Shown here: piece after piece, positions 30,675 through 40,014 of the stretch
How the letters are laid out: the number at the start of each line of letters is the position of its first letter
Position numbering within the stretch: the stretch's first letter is position 1
DNA from: Candidatus Multivoradales bacterium
GTDB lineage: Bacteria; Acidobacteriota; Thermoanaerobaculia; Multivoradales; J023
DNA: 64,000 nucleotides
Reading direction: 5' to 3'
NCBI GenBank assembly: GCA_965248925.1
Contig: CBDFLE010000006.1
Location: 2,400,001-2,464,000, forward strand
The notes under the pieces: generated by a model
The model's database searches: none
The model's input: the letters and a program-made list of their open reading frames with translations, nothing else
What the model was told of the DNA's origin: nothing
Translations under genes and position numbers: made by a program

Positions 30675-31209
30675 GCACCTCGCTGGCACCGAGCTGCTCA
30701 AGGAAGTCGCAGGTCGACTCACTATCGAAACGCGAGTCTGCGGCCTCGATGAGCAGGAAGTAGGCATCCTGGGTGGCGCGCTCGAAGCGATCCACGTTGA
30801 ACACCGGGTGATAGGGCTGCGGCAGATTGTTGAGGGTGAACATGCCGATCACCGCGGCAAAGGCGGCGAACAGAATGGTGGTCTCAAGAGTCATTGGAAC
30901 AAAGGCTGGCCAGCTGAAGTAGGGCCGGCCACCCACATTGAGTGGATAGGCCACCACCGATACCCAGGTCTGCAACCCAAAGCCAAAGACCGCGCCAACG
31001 ATGCCGCCGAGCAAGACAAAGAGTGAAACCTTCGACTTCCTATGCCGCGCCACCAGATGGCAGACCTCCTCGATCGGATAAGGAGTGAAGGCGTCGAGAC
31101 GCTCGTATCCCACTTCCTGCGCTCGCTCGACCGCTCTTAGTAGCTGTCGCGGACCCGGCAGCTCGGCCAAGAGACCGTAGGTCGGCGTCGGATATTCGTC
31201 GTGCGCCAT
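30658..31209 (-). CDS. actD: ActD (DUF3341)
   Basis: DAFTPYP, YPLNVGGRP.FSWPAFVP and LPQPYHP. Confidence 0.88.
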   Translation of the reverse strand: MAHDEYPTPTYGLLAELPGPRQLLRAVERAQEVGYERLDAFTPYPIEEVCHLVARHRKSKVSLFVLLGGIVGAVFGFGLQTWVSVVAYPLNVGGRPYFSWPAFVPMTLETTILFAAFAAVIGMFTLNNLPQPYHPVFNVDRFERATQDAYFLLIEAADSRFDSESTCDFLEQLGASEVHDVDW

Positions 31210-31212
31210 CGC

Positions 31213-32031
31213 TCAGCTCTCCTCGTGCCGGCCCGGACCCACCTCGGCCTCGGGCAGCATCATCTTCATCTCAGACATGGCGATCATCGGCACGAAACGG
31301 ACAAAAAGGAACATCAAACTGAGGAAGAAGCCAATGGTACCGAGGTACAGCGCCCAATCCCAGAAAGTGCCGGAATAATAGTCCCATGAGGACGGCAAGA
31401 AGTCGCGAGACAGGCTCAGCACGCAAATCACCAAGCGCTCCAGCCACATGCCGACACTGATGATCGCCGAAATCACCCACAGCCAGACGGTCGAGGTTCG
31501 CACCTTCTTGAACCACAAGACCTGCACCGCCAGGAAGTTGCAGAAGATCAACGCCATCCACTGCACCCGATAAGGCCCAAAGGGACGATTCTCGGCAATG
31601 GCGAAGATCTCGTAGGGGTTGCCGCTATACCAGGCGAAGAAGAACTCCATCACGTAGCCGTAGGCGACGATCAGACCGGTCACCAACATCAACTTGGCCA
31701 TGTTCTGCAAATGGCGAGAGGTGATGAAATCTTCCAGCTTGAGGGCCTTGCGGATCGGGATGATCAGCAGCAGCACCATGGCGAAACCGGCGAACACCGC
31801 GCCGGCGACAAAATAAGGCGGAAAAATCGTCGCGTGCCCAGATCCGGCACCAGGCCGACGAACCAAAACATCAGCGACACCGTGCCATAGGTACTGATCG
31901 CGAACACATCCCAGATCAGCGGGCTGCGAAAGTTGGGCCAGATGTTCAGTATGGCCCGGCGCCAGGACGGCCCGGTCGAGATCGACCTCGGCCACCGGGG
32001 CGGGCGCCGCGGAATGATCGGGGGTAGCCAT
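31213..32031 (-). pseudogene. actC: ActC (NrfD family) with two internal deletions
   Basis: N-terminus ...APGHT is joined to an out-of-frame [23 protein letters not shown] block, which is joined to [20 protein letters not shown]. Far shorter than a full ActC. Confidence 0.85.
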
Positions 32032-32057
32032 TGCGTGGGTCTCTCCGTTCTCTCTTC

Positions 32058-34105
32058 TCAAGCGCCCGGCGCGTCGCCGACGTTACTGTGCCCGTTCTTA
32101 CCGGGCTCGTTCTTGCCGGGCCCCGAGTGAGCCGCTGGCGCCGTGCGAGCAAGCCGCGGATTGGGGTTGCGGATCCGCGCCAAATAGGAAGTCCGCGGCC
32201 GATTGCCGAGTTCCTCAAGCAGGGTGTAGTTCAAAGCAACCCCCTTGCGCTGAGCGACTGCCGAATGCGGATCGTTGATATCGCCAAATATAATCGCCTC
32301 CGACGGGCAGGCTTGCTGGCATGCGGTGATGATCTCACCGTCGCGAATCTGACGCCCTTCGACCTTCGCCTCGATGCGCGCATGATTGATCCGCTGCACG
32401 CAGTAGGTACATTTCTCCATCACCCCGTGCGAGCGCACCGTGACATCCGGATTGCGCCGCAGCTGGAGTTCCGGCGTGGTGAAATCTTGGTAGAGATAAA
32501 AATTGAATCGCCGCACCTTATAGGGGCAGTTGTTGGAGCAGTAGCGAGTGCCGACACAGCGGTTGTAGACCATGTCGTTGAGCCCCTCGTCACAATGCAC
32601 CGTCGCCGCCACCGGACAGACCACCTCGCAGGGTGCTTCCTCGCACTGCATGCAGGGAACCGGCTGGTGGAAGATCTCGTCGACTTGATCCGCCGACTCG
32701 CCACCAAAGTAGCGGTCGATACGGATCCAATGCAGCTCCCGGCCGCGGCCGACTTGATCCTTGCCCACCACCGGAATGTTGTTCTCCGACTGGCAGGCCA
32801 CCAAGCAGGCATTGCAGCCGGTGCAGGTCGACAGGTCGATGGTCAACCCCCAGGCATAGCCGTCATCGGGGTGATCCTTGCCGTCCATCAAGGAGATGTC
32901 GAGCGGTCCGTGTGATGCACCGGCAGGTATTGGGCGCCCTGGCCACTGGCCGGTGCCGCCCCCCTCTCGTCGGCCCCATGGCCACCACCAGCGACATGCT
33001 CGACGAGAAAATCGCGATAGCCGGCCAAGGTGCCCCCACGCACCAGATTGCGACCTTCCATGTTGTGGTGGTCCTGGGTCGAAGCCAGCTGATAGGTGCC
33101 GGCGATCGGCGTCACCGACACCGCCGCGCCAACATTCCAGGGGGCGCTGCTGGTGAGCAGAGGGTTGGCGTCGAAACCCAGGCCATCGGCCACCCGACCC
33201 GCCCGCCAACGGCCGTAGCCGAGGTGCAGGGTCAGGCTGTCTTCGGCTTGGCCGGGCAACACCCAAACCGGCAGTTCGAGCGCCCGCTCGGCCACCGTCA
33301 GCAGCACCCGCGGCGCATCGGCAGCCTGGTCGTCACCCTGCACCAGATCGCCGAGACCGAGGCGGCGGGCGGTAGCCGGCGCCAGCAGCAGGGCATTGTC
33401 CCAGGTCAGCTTGGTCAGCGGCTTGGGACACTCCTGCAGCCAGGTGTTGTTGGCCTGAGCGCCGTCCCCCACCGTCGGATCGGGACGGAATTGAAGCTCC
33501 AATCCCGCCGCGCCCCGTTTGGCCAGAGTCAGTGCCGCCGCCGCTGCCGCCGACCGGTCGGCAGAGGCCGTCCTCGGCGCCGCCGCGGTAGCCGGATCGA
33601 GGCCATCGTGCAGCAGCCGCCGCCAATAGCTGTCGAAGCTGCCGCTGCCGTCCCAGAAGCCGCGCCAGGTCTCGCGCACCAGCTGTTCGACCGGCTCGGT
33701 ACCACGGCCGAGCAGCAGCGCCATCATCTCGACCGGCGTCTTGCCGCCGAACAAAGGCTCGATGATCGGCTGATCGTCGCGAAAACTGGCCCGCACCGGC
33801 TCTAGCATGGGACTGTCCTGCCAGATCATCTTGTGGCAATTCATGCAGGTCTCAGTCGGCGGCATGCCCGCCGAAGCGGCGCGCTCGACCGAGGTGTGGC
33901 AGTAACGACAGTCGATGCCCATGGCCGCCGTGTGGTGGTCGTGGCTGAACGGTACCGGCTGTTCGTAGACCAAACCCTCGTTAGTCTTCAGCGGCGAACG
34001 CTCGAAACCCATCACCAGGGTAATAGCGCCGCTGGCCACGACGATCAAACCCAGCAAGCTCAGCCGGGAGAGGACATTGCTGCGAGGACTGAAGATTTGC
34101 GCCAT
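32058..34105 (-). pseudogene. actAB: actA-actB deletion fusion: N-terminal half of the multiheme ActA joined to mid-ActB, then frameshifted into the ActB Fe-S domain
   Basis: Only two CxxCH motifs (CRYCH, CMNCH), then DQPI joined to IEPLFGGKT near 33765. NNTWLQECPKPLTKLTWDN follows. After a frameshift near 32920: [44 protein letters not shown]. Confidence 0.88.
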
Positions 34106-34190
34106 CTGAATGCTCTCGCCGACGCTCGACCCAGATTCGGAAAGGCGGTGACCGGCGGTCAGAATGAAGCTAGCGACCCCCAGAAATCAC

Positions 34191-34208
34191 TTGTGAAGAA
34201 TTTCACAA
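34191..34208. promoter_or_regulatory. Rex-type operator TTGTGAA-GAAT-TTCACAA upstream of actA
   Basis: Perfect match to the established Rex consensus TTGTGAAnnnnTTCACAA, about 85 bp upstream of a respiratory operon. Confidence 0.8.
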
Positions 34209-34252
34209 GCTCATTATTCGGGGAACTGCAAATGTACCGTGAGAATTGTCAA

Positions 34253-34280
34253 CAAGAAAGTCCTGAGATGGCATCCCGCC
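34253..34280 (+). repeat. 28-bp direct repeat, copy 1 (CAAGAAAGTCCTGAGATGGCATCCCGCC)
   Basis: Identical to 58791-58818, with partial similarity in the flanks (CGTGAGA before, CCGGCT after). Confidence 0.9.
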
Positions 34281-34458
34281 ATCCCCGGCTGCTTGAGCTT
34301 CGCAGCCGGCCATGAAGACACCAGCCAGCGATCAGCGCCACCGACAACACCCCATTCATCGCCGGCTCCACCAGGCACCGGCGCGCCAACCGTGGTGGCT
34401 ACGGTTCGCCAGTGGCAGGCACTCTGCTAAAGTCCCGGCAACTCTGTATGGGGGATGC

Positions 34459-36033
34459 ATGGATTGGGATCAAGCTCTGGTGTTGCGCCAGGCTGCGGCG
34501 CGAGAGAGTCTGCAACGGATTCGCGGTGATCAGGTCGGCGCGCCGGCCGATGTTGGGCGTGCTCTCGAGGTTATTGCAGAGCGGCTGTTCGACGCGAAGC
34601 TGAAGGTCAAGAGCCTCAAGCTAGCCTGTCAGATCCGCGACAACTCCTTCTCCCTGCGTTTTCACCAGCATTGCGGCAGGCCACCGGTGGACTACCTGGC
34701 CAAGCGGCGTATCGATACCGCGGCGGTGTTGTTGGAGAGCGAACCGATCTCAGTGGGTCAGGTCGCCGAGCTGACCGGTTTCAACTCGCTTCAAGTCTTC
34801 AGCGATGCCTTCCTGCGCTGGATGGAGGCTCGGCCGCTGGCCTATCGCCAAGGCGTGCAACGCCTAGTTTCTGTCGCCAACCTAGAGCTGCTCAATCCGG
34901 GGACTCTACGGCTGGCGTGTCTCGGTAGGTTGGAGCCCAAGCCAGCGCGGCGATTGATCGGGCATTTGCAGGATCTGTACGCCACCGACGAACCGGTCGC
35001 GGGACCGGATGCAGCGGCGTCAGAGATCTGCGACAGCGAGCAGCAGCTTGCCACTGGACATTGGCGGGTGTTGCAGGATCTGCCGCCCGGCGAGCAGCAG
35101 AACTTAGTAAAAAGCCTTCCGCTACGCTCAGCAGCGCTGTTTCACCTGCTGCTCCAGCAATGTCGCTCGGAAGGGCGCCAAGATCGCAAGCGCGGCGTAC
35201 AGATTGCTGAACTGGCTCTCGACGCATTGCATGCAACGGGTCGCTACCTACCGCCCAAGAAGCTCCTCGAGCTGAAGGCGAAAGGCTGGGCATGGCTGGG
35301 AAATGCGCAGCGGCTGAACCTGGACTTGAAGAAGGCCGAGGCTTCGTTCGCCACCTCAGCCTGGCACCTTCCAGCTCCGAACACTGATAGGCGTATCTTG
35401 GCCGAGCATTGCGAGCTACTTGCTTCTCTTCGCTGGTATCAGCGACGGATGGATACGGCGGCAGAGCTTCAAGACCGAGCTGTGGCCCTACAGCGAACAA
35501 TTGGGGATCTAGTACCGCTAGCAAAAGCACTAATAGTTCGCGGGATTCTCTCTGCCTACTCCGGTCAAACTCCGTGGCGAGACCCGAATTCCCAGGAAGC
35601 TCTGCTGCTCCTCGATCCGTCGACGCAGCCGCTCCTCTCATTTGCCGCCCAATTCAACCTCGCGGTTGGGCAACTCTGCTCAGGAGAGCATGAAGTAGTT
35701 TGGGACCTACTGCCGCAGGCTCAAGAACTCGCGAGCCAAGTGCCCGGTACCTCCGCTAGCCTCCGCTTACGATGGTTGGAGGGCCTGCTCCACCATGCTA
35801 ACGGTGACAGCACGGCGGCCGTTCGCATCCTGGACGAGGTTTGTTGCAGTTTTTTCGATGCAGAAGATACGGGGCATTTTGAGGCGGCCAGAATTGACCT
35901 GGCAGCTGCAAAGAAAAATCTCTCACAGCCCCTTATCTTGAATCTGCGAACTCGCCGCAACTTTGCCGCAGCGCATCTCGCCACACCTCCTCCATCCGCG
36001 AGTGAAGCAGGAAAACACCGGCCACCCCGGTAG
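34459..36033 (+). CDS. AraC-HTH + TPR protein (paralog 3)
   Basis: YLAKRRIDTAAVLL..SVGQVAELTGFNSLQVFSDAF (AraC), then TPR (AKGWAWLGNAQRL, LASLRWYQRR, LRLRWLEG). C-terminus appears degenerate. Confidence 0.8.
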   Translation: MDWDQALVLRQAAARESLQRIRGDQVGAPADVGRALEVIAERLFDAKLKVKSLKLACQIRDNSFSLRFHQHCGRPPVDYLAKRRIDTAAVLLESEPISVGQVAELTGFNSLQVFSDAFLRWMEARPLAYRQGVQRLVSVANLELLNPGTLRLACLGRLEPKPARRLIGHLQDLYATDEPVAGPDAAASEICDSEQQLATGHWRVLQDLPPGEQQNLVKSLPLRSAALFHLLLQQCRSEGRQDRKRGVQIAELALDALHATGRYLPPKKLLELKAKGWAWLGNAQRLNLDLKKAEASFATSAWHLPAPNTDRRILAEHCELLASLRWYQRRMDTAAELQDRAVALQRTIGDLVPLAKALIVRGILSAYSGQTPWRDPNSQEALLLLDPSTQPLLSFAAQFNLAVGQLCSGEHEVVWDLLPQAQELASQVPGTSASLRLRWLEGLLHHANGDSTAAVRILDEVCCSFFDAEDTGHFEAARIDLAAAKKNLSQPLILNLRTRRNFAAAHLATPPPSASEAGKHRPPR

Positions 36034-36386
36034 CCGAGCAGCTTGATTCGTAAGCCTCTGACTGGCCTTGGCCTGCCGCCGCCCTGTCGCATAGCAGCAA
36101 AGCATCAGCCCTCCCACCATAGAAAAAAGCTCCGCTGCAGCGGCAGAGGTGGTTCTCCTCAGCCTCGTCCATCCTCAAAAACCTTCACCTAGACGGATTC
36201 CGAAGACAACTACCGAAATCTATTCCGCGAACGTTGGTGAAATGCCTGGTTGGAGGCTCAACCCTGGGAACTGCGGGTCAGAATCCGAAGACGTTCTCAG
36301 TAGCGGGCGGGTTGGACATCGGCGAGAGTGAGCTTCGCCATCGGGGCAGTGCAGCAGAACTGGGGTCCTTCTCATCCCATCCCGTC

Positions 36387-36443
36387 GGCGGTCGGAGCAG
36401 TCTCTACACCCCTCGCTAGTGCTCCGGCCGCCGCGTCTTTTTT
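36387..36443 (+). terminator. Terminator/attenuator-like hairpin upstream of 36468
   Basis: GGCGGTCGGAGCA...TGCTCCGGCCGCC followed by a T6 run. Confidence 0.5.
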
Positions 36444-36467
36444 GCTGCTGCCCCGGTTGGAGAATCC

Positions 36468-36947
36468 ATGAAGGTCTTCTCACCCAAAATCAACCACCTG
36501 GCCGACCTCCTCTACGCGGCGGAAGAACAGGACGCAGAGGTTTGCAGCCTGGCCTGGTACCTGCTGGGTCGCGATCCGCTGACCGGACCCTTGTTGAGTG
36601 AGTTATTGATGCTGGCGGCCGACGCTCAAATCAAAGTCGGCAGCCAGCATTGGAGCCTGTCCGTGGTGGCGCTCAACCAGCAGGTCGACCGCCTGCTCAG
36701 TGCGGATGGGCGCATCTGGAAGATCGCCGCCGATCTGCTCGATCCCGATCGCGAAATAGGAACCGATCACGCGGGACTGATCGCGGTGCTCGATGCCCGC
36801 ATCTGCCGTTTCCGCGGCGACAGCTCGCGAATGCGCCGCCTCCGCCGCCGGCTGATCCGGGATTTAGAAAAGGAGTGGGGAAACCGAAAAGGGCTGGTAG
36901 GGCCTAGTGCCGAGGCAAAACGACGGACAAAAGAGCAGATTGTATAA
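36468..36947 (+). CDS. Hypothetical helical protein
   Basis: GGAGA RBS and GC3-biased codons; no recognised motif. Confidence 0.55.
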   Translation: MKVFSPKINHLADLLYAAEEQDAEVCSLAWYLLGRDPLTGPLLSELLMLAADAQIKVGSQHWSLSVVALNQQVDRLLSADGRIWKIAADLLDPDREIGTDHAGLIAVLDARICRFRGDSSRMRRLRRRLIRDLEKEWGNRKGLVGPSAEAKRRTKEQIV

Positions 36948-37362
36948 ATAGCTACTTCTGCTCGCTCAAATACTCCGGGAACCGATTTGTCGGATTGAGA
37001 GTCCAAACAGCTATGCAACGGAACCAACTGAAGGATGAAGACATGCATCGAAGATTCTGCCTGACTACCGTATCTCTCCTGCTCTTGACCTGCCTGGCCA
37101 CGGCCCCACTCCTCGCCCAATGCGACAACAATCCGATCGCCATCGACGACGAAGTGCTGCTCGCCGCCACTCCAGTGCTGATCGACGTGCTGGCCAATGA
37201 CCAAGAGCCCGACGGCGAGGCCCTCAGCCTGACGGTCCTCTCGACCACTTGTCCACTGACCTTCGAGGTGCTTTTTGATGTCGTCCGGCTGACCCCGACC
37301 CCAGACCTCCTGACCTACCCCTCCTAACCCTCTGAAAACACAGGACCGCCCCTCAGAGGTGG

Positions 37363-38040
37363 TGCGGACCCAAAACTGTCCGCTTTTTTCGGTGCCGAGG
37401 CATGATCGAGCATGGCACTGACGAGCGAGCACACCGTCCTGTTCCCAGACCACGCCGGGGTCCCCGATGGGGTTGTGGTGATCAACGACCGCTGCCGCCT
37501 CCAGCAGAGGGGCGGCTATCGGGTGGTGGTGGTCAGCGGCATGCCGCTCGCTCACTTCGCTGCCGGCGACAGGACAGGCGAGGCCCACGCGATGGTGAGT
37601 CTCGTTGAATTGGGCTGGGCACAGCAACGCGAGGTGGCCCTTGCGTTCGCTTGTGATGTGCGGACTGTGCGCCGGAATCAGCGCCGCTTCGAAGAAGGTG
37701 GGCTGGCTGCTCTGGGCCGGCCGCGCGGTTTTCCCCGGGGTCAGTCTCGGGTAGCGCAGGGCCGCCTGGACGCGGTCAACGGCTGGAAGGCCGAGGGTGT
37801 GTCGAATCGCGAGATTGGCCGGCGGCTGGGCATCGATGAGAAGGCCGTTCGCAAGCTCGCCAAGCGCCTGGGCTGGAAAGAGCGGTCGGTAGTGCAGATG
37901 ACGATGCCCTTCGAGAGTGCGGACCCAAAACTGTCCGCCTCTGATGAGCAGCAGGTCGACGGCCCCCTGAAAACTGCGGATCTTGCGCTCGACGCTGAGG
38001 GTGGCGGTGACCCAGCGGCTGCGGACCCAAAACTGTCCGC
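37363..38040 (+). repeat. Three identical 21-bp palindromic repeats TGCGGACCCAAAACTGTCCGC
   Basis: At 37363-37383, 37918-37938 and 38020-38040; inverted core GCGGAC-n8-GTCCGC. Confidence 0.9.
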
Positions 38041-39805
38041 TTCTGCGTCCGAGCAAGATCAGGTTCCCCTCTCGCTGGACCTCGATCCAGCGGATCGCGC
38101 CAGCGATCGGCTGCTGGCGAGGCTGGGATTCCTCGATGATGCGGCGCCGATCTTCGGAGCGGCGACCCAGCTACCGGGCGCCGGTGCTCTGCTGGCGATT
38201 CCCGCCCTGGTGGACAGCGGCGTGCTCTCCATCGCGCAGGAGCTGTACGGCAGCATCGGGCCGGCCTTCTATGGGCTGCGCACCACTCTGGTAACCCTGC
38301 TGCTGATGGCACTGTTGCGGGTCAAGCGACCCGAAGGGCTCAAGGAGCGCTCACCCCGGCATTTGGGTCAGCTTCTCGGGCTCGACCGAGCGCCGGAAGT
38401 GAAAACCTTGCGCAACAAGCTCGCTCGGCTGGCCGCGCATGGCCTGGCCGCGGATCTCGGTCGCGCCCTCGCTCAGCGCCGGGTCGCCACCAGGGGCCAT
38501 GCCATGGGCTTCCTCTACGTGGACGGGCATGTGCGCGCCTACCACGGTGGCCGAGAGATTCCCAAGACACACGTAGCGCGGATGCGGATCGCGATGCCGG
38601 CCACCACCGACTACTGGGTCAACGATGCTGAGAGCGAGCCTCTCTTCGTGGTCCCCACCGAGGCCAACAAGGGGCTTGCGACGATGCTTCCCCTCATTCT
38701 CGAAGAGGTACGAAAGCTACTCGGAGACCGGCGAGTCACCGTCGTCTTCGACCGTGGGGGTTGGAGCCCGAAGCTGTTTGCGAAGCTCATCGCCAAGAAG
38801 TTCGACATCCTCACATACCGAAAGGCCCCCTTTCGTCCGGTGCCGTTGAGCAAGTTCGGGCAGATCAAGGACACGATCCACGGGCGGAAGCTCGAGTACC
38901 TCCTCGCCGATCAGCGTATCTACCTCGAGTATGGCCCGAGGAAGAAGCGCAAGCGGCTGTACCTGCGCCAGGTCACCCGCCTCTGCGACAACGGCCACCA
39001 GACGTCCATCATCACCTCCCGCCGCGACCTCTCCACACTCGAGGTCGCCTACCGCATGTTCGATCGTTGGAGGCAAGAGAACTTCTTCAAATACCTGCGC
39101 GAAGAATTCGCACTCGATGCCCTGGTGGACTATGGCACCGAGCCAGCGGACGCTGCCCGCGATGTGCCGAATCCCGAGCGCGGCAAGATCAATGCAGAGC
39201 TGCGCAAAGCTCACGCACATCTCGAGCAGCTCCGGGCCCACATCGGGATCGCTGCTCTTGAAAACCGCGAGGATCGGCGGCGCACGATGCGCGGATTCAA
39301 GATCGCCAACGCCGCCATCTCCGCCAGGGTCCGGGCAGCGATAGAGCAGATCACCGAACTCGAGAACCAGCGCGCGACCCTCCCCGTCCGCGTCCCCGTC
39401 CAAGAGGTCGTCGAAGCGGATGTCATCAAGCTGTCCGTCGAGCGCAAGCACCTCACCGATATTCTCAAGATGGTCGCCTACCAGGCCGAAGGTGATCTTC
39501 TCCGGCTCCTATCACCCCACTACCGCCGCACCGAGCAGGAGGGACGCACCCTGATCCAAAGCGCTTTCGCGGCCGGCGGCGATATGGAGGTTACCGACAC
39601 CGTGCTGCTCCTTTCCATCGACCCGCTCAGCTCTCCCCACAAGACGGCGGCGATCGCCGCCGTCTGCGAAGAACTCAACGCTACCGCCACCCACTTCCCC
39701 GGCACCGAGCTACGGATGCGGTTCGCGATCAAGAAGGCGCCACCCCGGAGCCTGGCCTTCCCAGGGCCTCGGAACACCTCCGGAGAGGCTCAACCGGACA
39801 TTTGA
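37412..39805 (+). CDS. Transposase, 797 aa, with two N-terminal HTHs
   Basis: YVDGH, VFDRGG and RWRQENFFKYLR (DDE); HTH segments QREVALAFACDVRTV and SNREIGRRLGIDEKAV. Confidence 0.9.
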   Translation: MALTSEHTVLFPDHAGVPDGVVVINDRCRLQQRGGYRVVVVSGMPLAHFAAGDRTGEAHAMVSLVELGWAQQREVALAFACDVRTVRRNQRRFEEGGLAALGRPRGFPRGQSRVAQGRLDAVNGWKAEGVSNREIGRRLGIDEKAVRKLAKRLGWKERSVVQMTMPFESADPKLSASDEQQVDGPLKTADLALDAEGGGDPAAADPKLSASASEQDQVPLSLDLDPADRASDRLLARLGFLDDAAPIFGAATQLPGAGALLAIPALVDSGVLSIAQELYGSIGPAFYGLRTTLVTLLLMALLRVKRPEGLKERSPRHLGQLLGLDRAPEVKTLRNKLARLAAHGLAADLGRALAQRRVATRGHAMGFLYVDGHVRAYHGGREIPKTHVARMRIAMPATTDYWVNDAESEPLFVVPTEANKGLATMLPLILEEVRKLLGDRRVTVVFDRGGWSPKLFAKLIAKKFDILTYRKAPFRPVPLSKFGQIKDTIHGRKLEYLLADQRIYLEYGPRKKRKRLYLRQVTRLCDNGHQTSIITSRRDLSTLEVAYRMFDRWRQENFFKYLREEFALDALVDYGTEPADAARDVPNPERGKINAELRKAHAHLEQLRAHIGIAALENREDRRRTMRGFKIANAAISARVRAAIEQITELENQRATLPVRVPVQEVVEADVIKLSVERKHLTDILKMVAYQAEGDLLRLLSPHYRRTEQEGRTLIQSAFAAGGDMEVTDTVLLLSIDPLSSPHKTAAIAAVCEELNATATHFPGTELRMRFAIKKAPPRSLAFPGPRNTSGEAQPDI

Positions 39806-40014
39806 GAAAAAGGGTATGTCAGGAGTTCTGGACCCCGGCGGTGCGAACGGCTTGCACGGTGACCTACCGAATCGAAGATGAGTCGCAGAATGTAGCCACG
39901 GCCACTATCGAGGTGACCCCGAACGGACCCTTATTTGCCGACGGCTTCGAGACCGGGAATAGCTCGCAGTGGACCGAAACTTGCGCCAGCGCCAGCTGCT
40001 AGGGGAGAACAATC

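Larger units (their letters stand above)
37302..39830 (+). mobile_element. 2529-bp insertion sequence with a large DDE transposase (IS4-clan-like; family not assigned)
   Basis: TIRs CAGACCTCCTGACCTACCC / CAGAACTCCTGACATACCC; 5-bp TSD GACCC (37297-37301, 39831-39835). Confidence 0.92.
37043..40002 (+). pseudogene. Secreted Ig-like (cadherin/Big-type) protein with a C-terminal FADGFE motif, split by an IS
   Basis: Signal peptide and PIAIDD..IDVLANDQEPDG. Removing 37302-39835 restores ...LTPTPAVRTACTVTYRIED...LFADGFETGN in frame. Confidence 0.85.

Noticed and set aside
33600-34105. Novel natural ActA-ActB fusion protein
   Set aside because: It lacks three of the expected hemes and most of the ActB N-terminus, and is followed by a frameshift. 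A deletion product is the simpler explanation.
36159-36188. Minus-strand micro-ORF MKVFEDGRG before a weak terminator, convergent on the AraC-TPR gene
   Set aside because: The geometry fits the peptide model, but there is no clear RBS and no [DE]PxG motif, so it is not supportable.
37363-38040. CRISPR array from the 21-bp palindromic repeats
   Set aside because: Only three copies with very uneven spacing, inside an IS, and no cas genes.
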